A stretch of 64,000 nt of DNA from Macrostomum lignano. Taxonomy: Eukaryota. Shown piece after piece: positions 49,703-61,100 of the stretch. The stretch lies in NCBI GenBank assembly GCA_002269645.1, contig NIVC01000487.1, positions 124,001-188,000 on the forward strand, read 5' to 3'. The translations under genes were made by a program, and so were the position numbers. The number at the start of each line of letters is the position of its first letter. The stretch's first letter is position 1. The notes below the pieces were generated by a model. It did no database searches. It saw nothing but the letters and a program-made list of their open reading frames with translations, and was not told the origin of the DNA.

Positions 49703-50659
49703 ATGCTAAAGCGTCAGCTCATCCCCGCGGTGCTGTTGCTATTCAGCATCGCCGCCTCAGCCTCCGCGGCGCCGTTCCAGTGCAGCATCAGCGGCAGCAA
49801 CGGATCCCGTCTAGAAACTGAAGTGCTGGGAGGTCGGCGAATCCAGCAGTCAGTCAGGCTGGCCGCGACCGCGATGCACAGCTGCCAGTGGGTGCTCAAC
49901 TCCAGCACCTACACTGATTACGTAATCGAACGGAACCGGAGCGACGCTGCGAGCTCCTGCCAGCGAGTCCGCGTCATCGGCGGACCCCTCGGCGGCTCCT
50001 GGACTGTCACAGCTCCGTCTGAGCCCGATCTCGACCCCCGCCTGGTTGGCAAGTGTCGCCACAGGCTGGGCGCGGACTGCCGCTACCACCTCACCGACTA
50101 CCAGGTCGCCGACCAGCCCTGCCGCTACGAAAATGGCGGCCCGGTCTGCCAGGAGGCGCCCCGACAGTTCAGCGGCGTTCTGGGTGGCCGCAGCTTCAAT
50201 GCCACCTGGATCCAGCTGGACCTCATCCCGGGAAACTCGAGCAGCTGCGCCTGGGTGCTGCTGGGCAGCTCCGCCAGCCTGTGGACTCACTCCGCCCAGG
50301 CTGCCGGCGGCCGCGCCTGCCTGACCTGCTCGCGTCATGCCGGATCGGGCAAGGTCGCCTGCTCGCCTCCAGCGGCAGCCGCCGCTCCGCCAGGCACCGA
50401 CTGCGAGCACCGGCTGGGACCCGACTGCCGGCCGTACATGGTGGACTTCGCCAACTCAGAGCTGCCCTGCCGGGAGACCCGCCGAAGCAGCGGCAGCGGT
50501 GGCGGCAGCGGCAGCAGCTCCCGTCAGGCCTCGTCGGATGCCAGCTACCGGATGCTGATGTCGGACGACGGCGGCAGCAAGTCGGGCGTCCCAGTCGCCT
50601 CCTCGCTGATGCCGCTGCTGCTGCTGGCTGCAGGTGCCGCTGCCTCTCTGAGAAGGTAA
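49703..50659 (+). CDS. Secreted, putatively GPI-anchored Cys-rich protein with two tandem ~120-aa repeats (318 aa, single exon)
   Basis: Signal-peptide-like N-terminus MLKRQLIPAVLLLFSIAASASA. Duplicated motifs VLGGR, SC(Q/A)WVL, C(R/E)HRLG(A/P)DCR and PCR. Ser/Gly linker and hydrophobic C-terminal tail (VASSLMPLLLLAAGAAASLRR). Five N-X-S/T sequons; GC-rich coding bias. Confidence 0.85.
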   Translation: MLKRQLIPAVLLLFSIAASASAAPFQCSISGSNGSRLETEVLGGRRIQQSVRLAATAMHSCQWVLNSSTYTDYVIERNRSDAASSCQRVRVIGGPLGGSWTVTAPSEPDLDPRLVGKCRHRLGADCRYHLTDYQVADQPCRYENGGPVCQEAPRQFSGVLGGRSFNATWIQLDLIPGNSSSCAWVLLGSSASLWTHSAQAAGGRACLTCSRHAGSGKVACSPPAAAAAPPGTDCEHRLGPDCRPYMVDFANSELPCRETRRSSGSGGGSGSSSRQASSDASYRMLMSDDGGSKSGVPVASSLMPLLLLAAGAAASLRR

Positions 50660-50734
50660 CAGACTGGAGTTGCGCCACCGGCTCCATGTGTGTCTACGGC
50701 ACGAATCTGAAACTGATTGTACTAATTTTCCTTG

Positions 50735-51220
50735 ATCGGAAGAATCGCCCATGCCCAAATTGGAAGAATCGCCCATCCCCATCGGAAGAATTGCCCATCC
50801 CCATCGGAAGAATCACCCATCCACATCGGAAAAATCGCCCATGTCCACATTGGAAGAATCGCCCATCCCTATCGGAAGAATCGCCCATCCCCATTAGAAG
50901 AATCGCCCATCCCCCATTAGAAGAATCGCCCATCCCCCATTGGAAGAATCGCCCATCCCCATTAGAAGAATCGCCCATCCCCCATTGTAAGAATCGCCCA
51001 TCCCCATTGGAAGAATCGCCCATGCCCATCGGAAGAATCGCCCATCCCCCATTGGAAGAATCGCCCATGCCCCCGTTGGAAGAATCGCCCATCCCTCATG
51101 GAAGAATCGCCCATGCCCCCATCGGAAGAATCGCCCACCCCCATCGGAGAAATCGCCCATGCCCCCGTTGGAAGAATTGCCCATTCCCATCGGAAAAATC
51201 GCCCATGCCCTCATCGGAAG
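50735..51220. repeat. Minisatellite, 22-24-bp unit GGAAGAATCGCCCATCCCCAT(C/T)
   Basis: About 20 copies, starting ~75 bp after the stop codon of the 49703 gene. Confidence 0.92.
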
Positions 51221-52009
51221 GACCAGGCCCCATTGTTCTAAAAGAAATAATATATTGGACAAGCGTCCTACTTTGCAAGAAATAAAAGAAGTTGTATAAA
51301 AGCAAAACAAAAGAAACACAGAAGCAATGCAAAAACAATGTCTTGTTCAAATATTACTAATCAATTTAACTTCAAGATTTTTTACCTCTCTGCAATTTGA
51401 TTACGCAATCTTTCTGAACTGAATGCTAACCAAATTTTATTTCAAAGCAAATTTGTACCATTTCTGAACTATTCCCGTCAGTGGTAAAATGCGGAACTCG
51501 AATCACCACTAAAGTACACTTTCTGCTCGAGAAACTGAATCACCAAAATTAATTATTCCCGTTGCTTTGTCGGGCAATGTTTAATAACTTTTTTATCTGT
51601 GCACATCATTTTCTACTCATTTATTTTAAATGCTCACTGGTTGCACAGTTGCTTGCTTCTTCTAGTAGACAAAGTGGCACGTTTTTCTACTTGCAGAAAC
51701 ATTGCTTGACCCGATTCGATTGTCCCGTGTGCGTGCTTTGCAGCTGTTTGCTTTTTTGTGAACAATTACGTTTTTACCAATGTATGTGTTTGTTAGCTTT
51801 GTCAGCTTTTTTACGAACGATTTTAGTATAATAAAAAATATTATAATGCTTACATACCCCTTACACACAGTGTGGGCAACACGAGTAATATATTGACACT
51901 TCGAATCCCAGCTATGAAATACAAACAATGAAAAACTTGTCTTAAATATTTTATCTGCGTTAGAAAATTTCATTTTTTTGATAGAATGTCATTGGAAAAG
52001 GTGGAGGTA

Positions 52010-53590
52010 GATGCGCCATCCCGTGAAGGGAGGGGCGGAAGGCGAAAGGCCATCCCGTGAAGGGAGAGGCGGAAGGAGAGGCGCCATCTCATGAAGGGGC
52101 GAAAGGAGAGGCGCCATCCTGTGAAGTGAGGGGCGGAAGGAGAGGCGCCATCCTGTGAAGGGAGGGGCGGAAGGAGAGGCGCCATCCTGTGAAGGGAGGG
52201 GCGGAAGGAGAGGCGCCATCCTGTGAAGGGAGGGGCGGAAGGAGAGGCGCCATCCTGTGAAGGGAGGGGCGGAAGGAGAGGCGCCATCCTGTGAAGGGAG
52301 GGACAGAAGGAGAGGCGCCATCCCGTGAAAGGGCGGAAGGAGAGGCACCATCCCGTGAAGGGGCGGAAGGAGAGGCACCATCTCATGAAGGGGCAGAAGG
52401 AGAGGCACCATCCCGTGAAGGGGCGGAAGGAGAGGCACCACCTCATGAAGGGGCAGAAGGAGAGGCGCCATCTCATGAAGGGGCGGAAGGAGAGGCACCA
52501 CCTCATGAAGGGGCGGAAGGAGAGGCACCATCCCGTGAAGGGGCAGAAGGAGAGGCGCCATCTCATGAAGGGGCGGAAGGAGAGGCACCATCTCATGAAG
52601 GGGCGGAAGGAGAGGCACCATCTCATGAAGGGGCGGAAAGAAAGGCGCCATCCCGTGAAAGGGCGGAAGGAGAGGCACCATCTCATGAAGGGGCGGAAGG
52701 AGAGGCACCATCCCGTGAAGGGGCGGAAGGAGAGGCGCCATCTCATGAAGGGGCGGAAGGAGAGGCGCCATCTCATGAAGGGGCGGAAGGAGAGGCGCCA
52801 TCTCATGAAGGGGCGGAAGGAGAGGCGCCATCTCATGAAGGGGCGGAAGGAGAGGCGCCATCTCATGAAGGGGCGGAAGGAGAGGCGCCATCCCGTGAAA
52901 GGGCGGAAGGAGAGGCACCATCTCATGAAGGGGCGGAAGGAGAGGCACCATCCCGTGAAGGGGCGGAAGGAGAGGCGCCATCTCATGAAGGGGCGGAAGG
53001 AGAGGCGCCATCTCATGAAGGGGCGGAAGGAGAGGCGCCATCTCATGAAGGGGCGGAAGGAGAGGCACCACCTCATGAAGGGGCGGAAGGAGAGGCACCA
53101 TCCCGTGAAGGGGCAGAAGGAGAGGCGCCATCTCATGAAGGGGCGGAAGGAGAGGCACCATCTCATGAAGGGGCGGAAGGAGAGGCGCCATCTCATGAAG
53201 GGGCGGAAGGAGAGGCACCATCTCATGAAGGGGCGGAAGGAGAGGCACCATCTCATGAAGGGGCGGAAAGAAAGGCACCATCTCATGAAGGGGCGGAAAG
53301 AAAGGCGCCATCCCGTGAAAGGGCGGAAGGAGAGGCACCATCTCATGAAGGGGCGGAAGGAGAGGCACCATCCCGTGAAGGGGCGGAAGGAGAGGCGCCA
53401 TCTCATGAAGGGGCGGAAGGAGAGGCGCCATCTCATGAAGGGGCGGAAGGAGAGGCACCATCTCATGAAGGGGCGGAAGGAGAGGCGCCATCTCATGAAG
53501 GGGCGGAAGGAGAGGCACCACCTCATGAAGGGGCAGAAGGAGAGGCGCCATCTCATGAAGGGGCGGAAGGAGAGGCGCCATCCCATGGGG
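52010..53590. repeat. Minisatellite, 30-bp unit GAAGGGGCGGAAGGAGAGGC(G/A)CCATCTCAT (34-bp variants at left end)
   Basis: About 50 copies. Confidence 0.96.
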
Positions 53591-54227
53591 GAGTCGCCAT
53601 TCACCTGGCGCTATCCCACCAGGGGCGAGAAGAAGCTGAAAAAAGCTCTTGACGTCTCTATTACAGATCCCGTGATGCTTAACTACAGGGGGAAATTTCT
53701 GTCCTGATGCAATTACAGAACCCAGGAATCGAAACTGGCTCTCAGCACCAACAGCGGTGCTAAAAAGCCAGTTTGCAACAGAGGCGGCTACAATGTTAGG
53801 GTGCTGGCCGCCTGCCGATGACGGGTGGGCAAGAAGCGGGCGAGGACAGTCAATCCGAGATCCAATTGTCTCAAATCTGGGTCTGTTGAGACTTAGCAGA
53901 CAGAATTTAAGGTTCCCACCGAATATGCGGTTTGCTAATCAGCTTCTTGCTGGCTTACTGTCGGTTTTTACCTGTGACTCACTTGTTCGTTAGGCAGTCA
54001 ACGGTGGGAAAGCGTTGAAGAAAACTCGGAGAACCCAACGCGCTGCGCGAGTTTGTAGCGCGCTGTAAAAAAATTCAATTTTCGTAAATCCAAAAAATCA
54101 GAGCTTCTTCTACAGTATTGCGAAGCTTTTTTACATTTTAAATTTAATTTGGGCTAATTTTAATTGCAAGTAGCAGCTAATGGCTGCGAAATTCTGTTTT
54201 TAGAATTGAAATCTGTAAGGGTGTGAA

Positions 54228-54920
54228 TGCTTCAGGGTGTGAATACTTCAGGGTGTGAATACTTCAGGGTGTGAATACTTCAGGGTGTGAATAGATCCTG
54301 GTGTGAATACTTCAGGGTATGAATAGATCCTGGTGTGAATACTTCAGGGTGTGAATACTTCAGGGTGTGAATACTTCAGGGTGTGAATACTTCAGGGTGT
54401 GAATACTTCAGGGTGTGAAAAGATCCTGGTGTGAATACTTCAGGGTATGAATAGATCCTGGTGTGAATACTTCAGGGTATGAATAGATCCTGGTGTGAAT
54501 ACTTCAGGGTGTGAATACTTCAGGGTGTGAAAAGATCCTGGTGTGAATACTTCAGGGTATGAATAGATCCTGGTGTGAATACTTCAGGGTGTGAATACTT
54601 CAGGGTGTGAAAAGATCCTGGTGTGAATACTTCAGGGTATGAATAGATCCTGGTGTGAATACTTCAGGGTGTGAATACTTCAGGGTGTGAAAAGATCCTG
54701 GTGTGAATACTTCAGGGTATGAATAGATCCTGGTGTGAATACTTCAGGGTGTGAATACTTCAGGGTGTGAAAAGATCCTGGTGTGAATACTTCAGGGTGT
54801 GAATAGATCCTGGTGTGAATACTTCAGGATGTGAATACTTCAGGGTGTGAATACTTCAGGACGTGAATACTTCAGGATGTGAATACTTCAGGGTGTGAAT
54901 ACTTCAGGGTGTGAATAATT
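54228..54920. repeat. Minisatellite, 16-bp units GTGTGAATACTTCAGG and GT(A/G)TGAA(T/A)AGATCCTG in a higher-order arrangement
   Basis: About 43 units with recurring block order. Confidence 0.94.
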
Positions 54921-56084
54921 ATGATGTGAATTTTAAGTACGCGAATGCTCAAGATGAGGAAGATTTTTAATCCCCAGGAAAATAAAGCTATGGGATTAGG
55001 CATCTGTTGAAGGGAAAAGCTCTCCTCCGCGAGTTAATCTCTATCTGGGCTGCATCAGTTTGAGGCCGTGACCCCAAACCACCGTACAGAGCAGACACTG
55101 CTCAAGCTTACTGGACTGAATAGTTTCTTATTTAGCTTGTCATTTTTGCCTATCAGATCAGATCGTGTTCAATCATTCGCTTCCACAGCCTGTCCACCAC
55201 GGTTGACCCGACACGGCGTGTGCAATTAACAGCCGATCTCGGCTGAGGCTTGTGAGTTTTTGTTTCTAATTAAAATCGCCAGGCGGCAGATATGCCGGAG
55301 ACTAATTCCGAAATGGCTACTGGTAGCTTCGTATCTGAGGGGGGGGGAGTCGAGGGAGCTTCAGAATTTCGGAATTCGAATCGTCGCTCGACACTGTTGC
55401 TAGGGGATCTCTTCCCTCTCGCTCTCTGTTCTGTCTCTCACGCAGCCCCCCCCCCCCCAGCTTCAAGACGTCGAGAACTGCGAAATGCCCCAACATGGCC
55501 GTCTACGCACCCCCCCCCTTCGACAGGCTGGGAAGCCCCTTGCGCGCTGGTTCTCGGGTGACTCACGGACAGCCAGAGAGGGCCAAGCCAGCTGCAGCAG
55601 CAGCAGCAACAGTAGCTTTTCTTATCAAGAAATTGTGAAAGAAAATCCTTATATATAACTAGAAGGCAAAAAACACTCGCCTAGATCCGCTAAAATCCAA
55701 ATCCAGAAACAGGAGAAGCCCAATTGCATTCGAAAGGGGATCAACGCTGATGGGGATAGAGGGAAATGAGGAATTTCTTAGAAAACCAGCGGAGCCAGAG
55801 GAAGCCTTTCTGGGCTACGAGAGCAGTAATTGGTGCGATGCGTGTTTGGAATGTCAAGACGCGGTCGGGGGCCAACAGCCGTTATCAGAGGCTGTGGTAA
55901 AAAGGTAGACAGAGGGTTGTCAGGGGGTTTGTCTTGTTTGGGAAACACAAAACCAAACGGATCGCCCAGAATTTCCACCGAATTTGAAACTGGTTCAAGC
56001 TGCTGTCGGAGTGACCCGGTGGCTTTATTAAAACTAGCGTCTTAGTGTAGGCTAGTCTATGCGATGAGCATAGACTGAACAATT

Positions 56085-56205
56085 AATGATCGATCAGCAG
56101 TACCAGATGAGCAATCAATGATCGATCAGCAGTACCAGATGAGCAATCAGTGATCAATTATCAGTACCAGATGAGCAATCAATGATCAATCAGCAGTACC
56201 AGATG
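56085..56205. repeat. Short 32-bp tandem repeat GATCGATCAGCAGTACCAGATGAGCAATCAAT
   Basis: About 4 copies. Confidence 0.85.
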
Positions 56206-56706
56206 CATAAAAAGGCTACCTGTGTAATGTCACATATTTTCAAATTGATTGTATAAATTTAAAATAGTTTGCTCATCATCCAGCCATGAGCTCTAAAAAA
56301 ATTCCCAATCGCTAGCCAGCCTTGAGATATTCGTGAAGATATGCATTATTAAGGCTCGGCATTCACTCAGAGCTCCATCTAGTGAGCTGATAAAGAAATC
56401 CCATATCCAACAATGCCACAAGTTGCCTTTTTTGATTTCGTGAGCAGTTTGACTCATACCGTACAGAGCTTCCGTTTTAGCGGGATATTCTACTCTTATC
56501 TTAGATGTTTGCCATCTAGGGGATTTTTTTGAATGGGAAATGAAAGCTGAGAAGCCATCAGATTCTATGATATAGTGTGTGTTTTTTGCTTTGCTAGTGG
56601 CTTTTTGAGGTTTTGGTTATCCGATTGCATGAGCGGGGTGTTAATTTGCATTCATTCCGTGAGTCATACAGGCTAGGGGTTAGCCTGACTGTTACTGGCT
56701 CCATGT

Positions 56707-57572
56707 CTAACAGGTGATACCTATGCATAACAGGTGATACCTATGCATAACAGGTGATACCTATACATAACAGGTGATACCTATGCATAACAGGTGATAC
56801 CTATGCATAACAGGTGATACCTATGCATAACAGGTGATACCTATACATAACAGGTGATACCTATGCATAACAGGTGATACCTATGCATAACAGGTGATAC
56901 CTATGCATAACAGGTGATACCTATGCATAACAGGTGATACCTATGCATAACAGGTGATACCTATGCATAACAGGTGATACCTATGCATAACAGGTGATAC
57001 CGATGCATAACAGGTGATACCTATACGTAACAGGTGATACCTATACATAACAGGTGATACCTATGCATAACAGGTGATACCTATGCATAACAGGTGATAC
57101 CTATGCATAACAGGTGATACCTATACATAACAGGTGATACCTATGCATAACAGGTGATACCTATGCATAACAGGTGATACCTATGCATAACAGGTGATAC
57201 CTATGCATAACAGGTGATACCTATGCATAACAGGTGATACCTATGCATAACAGGTGATACCTATACATAACAGGTGATACCTATGCATAACAGGTGATAC
57301 CTATGCATAACAGGTGATACCTATGCATAACAGGTGATACCTATGCATAATAGGTGATACCTATGCATAACAGGTGATACCTATGCATAACAGGTGATAC
57401 CTATGCATAACAGGTGATACCTATGCATAACAGGTGATACCTATGCATAACAGGTGATTCCTATGCATATTAGGTGATGCTTATGCTTAACAGGTGATAC
57501 CTATGCATAACAGGTGATACCTATGCATAACAGGTGATACCTATGCATAACAGGTGATGCTTATGCTTAACA
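56707..57572. repeat. Homogeneous minisatellite, 20-bp unit CAGGTGATACCTATGCATAA
   Basis: About 43 copies. Confidence 0.97.
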
Positions 57573-57677
57573 GAGAGGATTGGGTCAAGCAAATATCTAA
57601 CATGACCCATTCCCTTCACATTCTATTACTTAGAGGTATATCAAGGTTTTAGCCCAGGTTCAAGGTTCAAGGTTCAA

Positions 57678-57980
57678 GCCGTAGCCCAGTGGTTGAGCGC
57701 CGCGCTCTGATGTTTCAACGGCCCAGGCTCGATTCGAAATGCAATCCCACTAATTTGGGGCTAAATTGGAATCTCGGCTTGGCTCTGCTCGTGCAATGAT
57801 GGCCAACCCTAAGACACATTGAAGTGTACACGCCTTCCCGTGTGAGTGTGTGCCTGTGAGTATGACTGCGTACGTAGCCGCGCACTTGTATGCCTGCTCA
57901 GGGGAGTCGGCGGAATGGGCAGCAATGCCTCTCGCCGGTTGTGTGACAATGCTGTTTAAAGTGCGCCAGGGTGCACACAG
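57678..57980 (+). mobile_element. tRNA-derived SINE, family A, copy 2
   Basis: A-box TAGCCCAGTGG (57682) and B-box GGCTCGATTCG (57726); body shared with 40460-40809; preceded by (GGTTCAA)3. Confidence 0.8.
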
Positions 57981-58178
57981 TCCCTGCCTCTACTCGTAAT
58001 ATAAAGAGAAAACCGGTAAAGCAATTCACAATACTATTTACTGTCTAAGAAATAAAAAATATTAGTGACAGAATTCTTGTCTTTCCCATGCAGTCTGACA
58101 CCATTAGTTTCGTTCTCAAGACAATTGTTTCCATAGACGACTGGCTAACAGCCGCATGTACGGGAATTAGCAATAAGA

Positions 58179-61100
58179 CTACAGGAAGGCGTCAAACTCC
58201 TGCTTGAAGTTATTCTTCTGATTCAGACTCTGCCTAGTTGAGTCTCCGGATGCCTCATCAAATTCATTAGCGGCCGCCCTCGCCGCCCCCGCAAAGTCCA
58301 CAGATTCGAAATCTTCGAAGAGTCCGTCGAAATCGAAGCCGGCGTTGGAGCGGCCGGGCGGCCCATCGTCGTCTTCGCCGGGCCACCGGCCGGCGGCGCG
58401 GGCCGGACTGTCGGGCCGGCGCTCGGCCAGCTCGCGTTGCCGCCTTTGCTCAGCAACAATCTGCTCGATCTCCGCCGCGCTCAGGTAGAAATCGCCGTCG
58501 TCAGCAACCGGCACAGTCTCCGCTCCGACATCGTCGCCTTCCAGACTCTCCGCCCCAGCTGACGGAGTCGTCCGACCGGAATCGGCGCCCGCTCGGCAAG
58601 TCTGGGGCGTCGGCGGCGACAGCGGCGGCGACTGGTCGCTTCCTGAGCTGACAATGACCGCGTCGATGTAGAAACTGTTGTCGAATTGCTGCGGCATCAC
58701 CAGGTCGGCGCCGACAGACGCTGGCCAAGGATCGTCGCTGTTGCTGTCATCGTCGACATCCTCCGGCAGGGTGTGCAGCGGCGGCGGCACCCGGGCCCGG
58801 ACGATCTCGCCGGCACTGATGGGGAAGGCCGGCCAGCAGCTCTCCAGTTCCGCATCGTCGGCCCCGGCGTCGGTGCAGCAGTCCACCTGGTCGTCCGGAT
58901 CGTCGCCATAGTTGTTCGACGTCGTTGTAGCGACGGAAGCCGTGCCAGCGGCGGCGGCCTCTTTGATGTTGAGCGACAGAGCCCGGCCGGGGTTTGGTGA
59001 GAAGACCGGAACGGCTCGAATGCGTTGGATCTGCTGCTGCTGCTGCTGCTCCGAGCCGGGGCCTTCGGCTATCGAAGCCGCCGTGGAGGCCGCCGCTGCC
59101 GCCGCTGCAGTAGAGGCGGCCGCTGACGAAGCAGAACGCTGGCCGCGGTAGACAGAGCCCATGAGGGTGCAGCGCTTCTGGAACTGTTGCATCGCGCAGT
59201 ACACGTCTGCGGGGCGGACGTGGGGAAGTGATGTTGGAGTTTGAGCAGTAATTTGGTCACTGACTGGCGCTAATCTAGGCCAGGAAACCTTTACGAGTCT
59301 TGGTAGTCGTGAATCAACAAGCAGCAGGCCAACAGATTAGTAAGAAGCAATCTGGCCCAGACAGATCATGACCCAGGAGAGAAGGCCATAAGCCACAACA
59401 GGAATTAACCAAGAAAATAGGCATAAGGCAAATTAACATACGCTCGTAACATTCGTTCGCTAAAGTGGCCTGTTTGGATAAGCCCTGTTCCTTCACAGGT
59501 CGCAGCAGCCGAGGTCAGGAATCGCCAAGTGCGTGGCTGAGATTACACTGCTTTTTTGAGGAAAAAACGCACTTAGACTGATGGGAAGAGCCCGACCCCG
59601 ACTCCCCCCGCAGGGCAGTTCGCGATCCCGTGATTCCGGCTCTAATATGATTATGCCTCATAGAGGAGCCTGAGGGTTGGGAAGACGGAGAGCCCCCCCC
59701 CCCCGATTTACCTGTGCGCATTTGCCTAATTGGGGGCGAGTGCCTGACAAGAAAGAATTACAGGAAAGAGTCGCAGAATTATTACTAGGGGAAATCACGA
59801 GCAGGAGAGGCTGGGCTGAGGCAGCAGCGAAGCGAACAAGACCTGTTCGCTGTTTGCTCAAGTCAAAGAGAAATTTGTCCGCAAGCATAGCTGGGGTGAT
59901 GGTGGGCATGAGATAAAAAAGGGGGGCTGCACTGCACTCAAGAAAATTAAGATCTTGATGGGTGTGATAAGAAATCCTATCTTCAAAATTATGTTTATGA
60001 GGTTCCTCATTGCTATGGGGAATGCGAAGGCTTTTTATATTCCTAGTGGTTAGAGCGTCGGACTCACGACTTGAAGGTCGGGGGTTCGATTCCCGATCCC
60101 ACTGGAACGATTTGTGTCCTTGAGCAAGACGCTTAACTCTGCACTGCTTCAGTTCACCCAGCTGTAAAATGGGTGCCAGCATTAGCTGGGGTAATTGAGG
60201 GGGTGTGTGGCGATCCCCCAGTCCTTGGACTGAACAGCCGTACGCAGCCTTCAGATGCGCCGCGCAATAGCTGCGGCTGAGCTGTCGGTTGCAAATCTGG
60301 GCCTATTGGGAAAGGTGCAATCAATTGTTATTATTTTTTGTTACATTCCTAGAATACAGCATTTACTTTAATCCCATTCCGTGGAAAATGCCTAGATGGT
60401 AAATTCAGTTTGATGATCGGTCATGCGGTGAGATACCACCCTATGACCAAGATGGGGAATTCAGCTTGATAGTCGGTCATGCAGTGAGATCCCACCCTAT
60501 GACCAAGATGGGGAATTCAGCTTGATAGTCGGTTATGCAGTGAGATCCCACCCTATGACCAAGATGGGGAATTCAGCTTGATAGTCGGTTATGCAGTGAG
60601 ATCCCACCCTATGACCAAGATCGGAAATTCAGCTTGATAATCGGTCATGCAGTGAGATCCCACCCTATGACCAAGATGGGAAATTCAGCTTGATAGTCGG
60701 TCATGCATAGCCATTTTATAGCCAAGCAAGCTACTCAACCAACCATCAGCTCGACTATTTCGTCTGGAGTAGGCGCCGATCACGTGACGATATCTGACGG
60801 CCACCGCCCAGAGCGAGTTGGGCAGCACGATGGTCTCCAGCAGCAGCAGGATGATGTACTCTGAGCCGCTCCGGCTGGGCCATGCCACCAGCGCAGAGAA
60901 GTCCAGAATCTGTTGATGTTGTTTACGTGAATCTTTCTTAGAATCCGTGATAATAGACAGAATTAGAAGGCAGCGTTTCTTGAAAATCTTTTAAAGACTC
61001 AAAAACTTTTGTAGCATCAAAAAATAGGTCGCTACCGTGTCTTAGAGAAGGGAGAGAGAGGAGAGGAGAGGAGAGGAGAGGAGAGGAGAGGAGAGGAGAG

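Noticed and set aside
51970-53707. Four long ORFs (453-544 aa), including EGAEGEAPSH and K/R-rich MKGRKERHHL repeats reminiscent of adhesive proteins
   Set aside because: A 30-bp unit without stops is open in several frames on both strands. The 34-bp units at the left end break the frame, and there is no signal peptide or unique domain.
53590-54070. Kinase-like words on the minus strand (RYKLAQRVG, HPNIV, HGICNRDVK)
   Set aside because: HPNIV-to-RD spacing is ~47 aa versus ~60 or more in kinases, there is no VAIK or DFG motif, and a stop follows the first word. Likely chance; BLASTX would settle it.
60042-60100. tRNA gene (also at 40460 and 57678)
   Set aside because: A and B boxes are present, but the acceptor and anticodon stems do not pair and the heads continue into SINE bodies.
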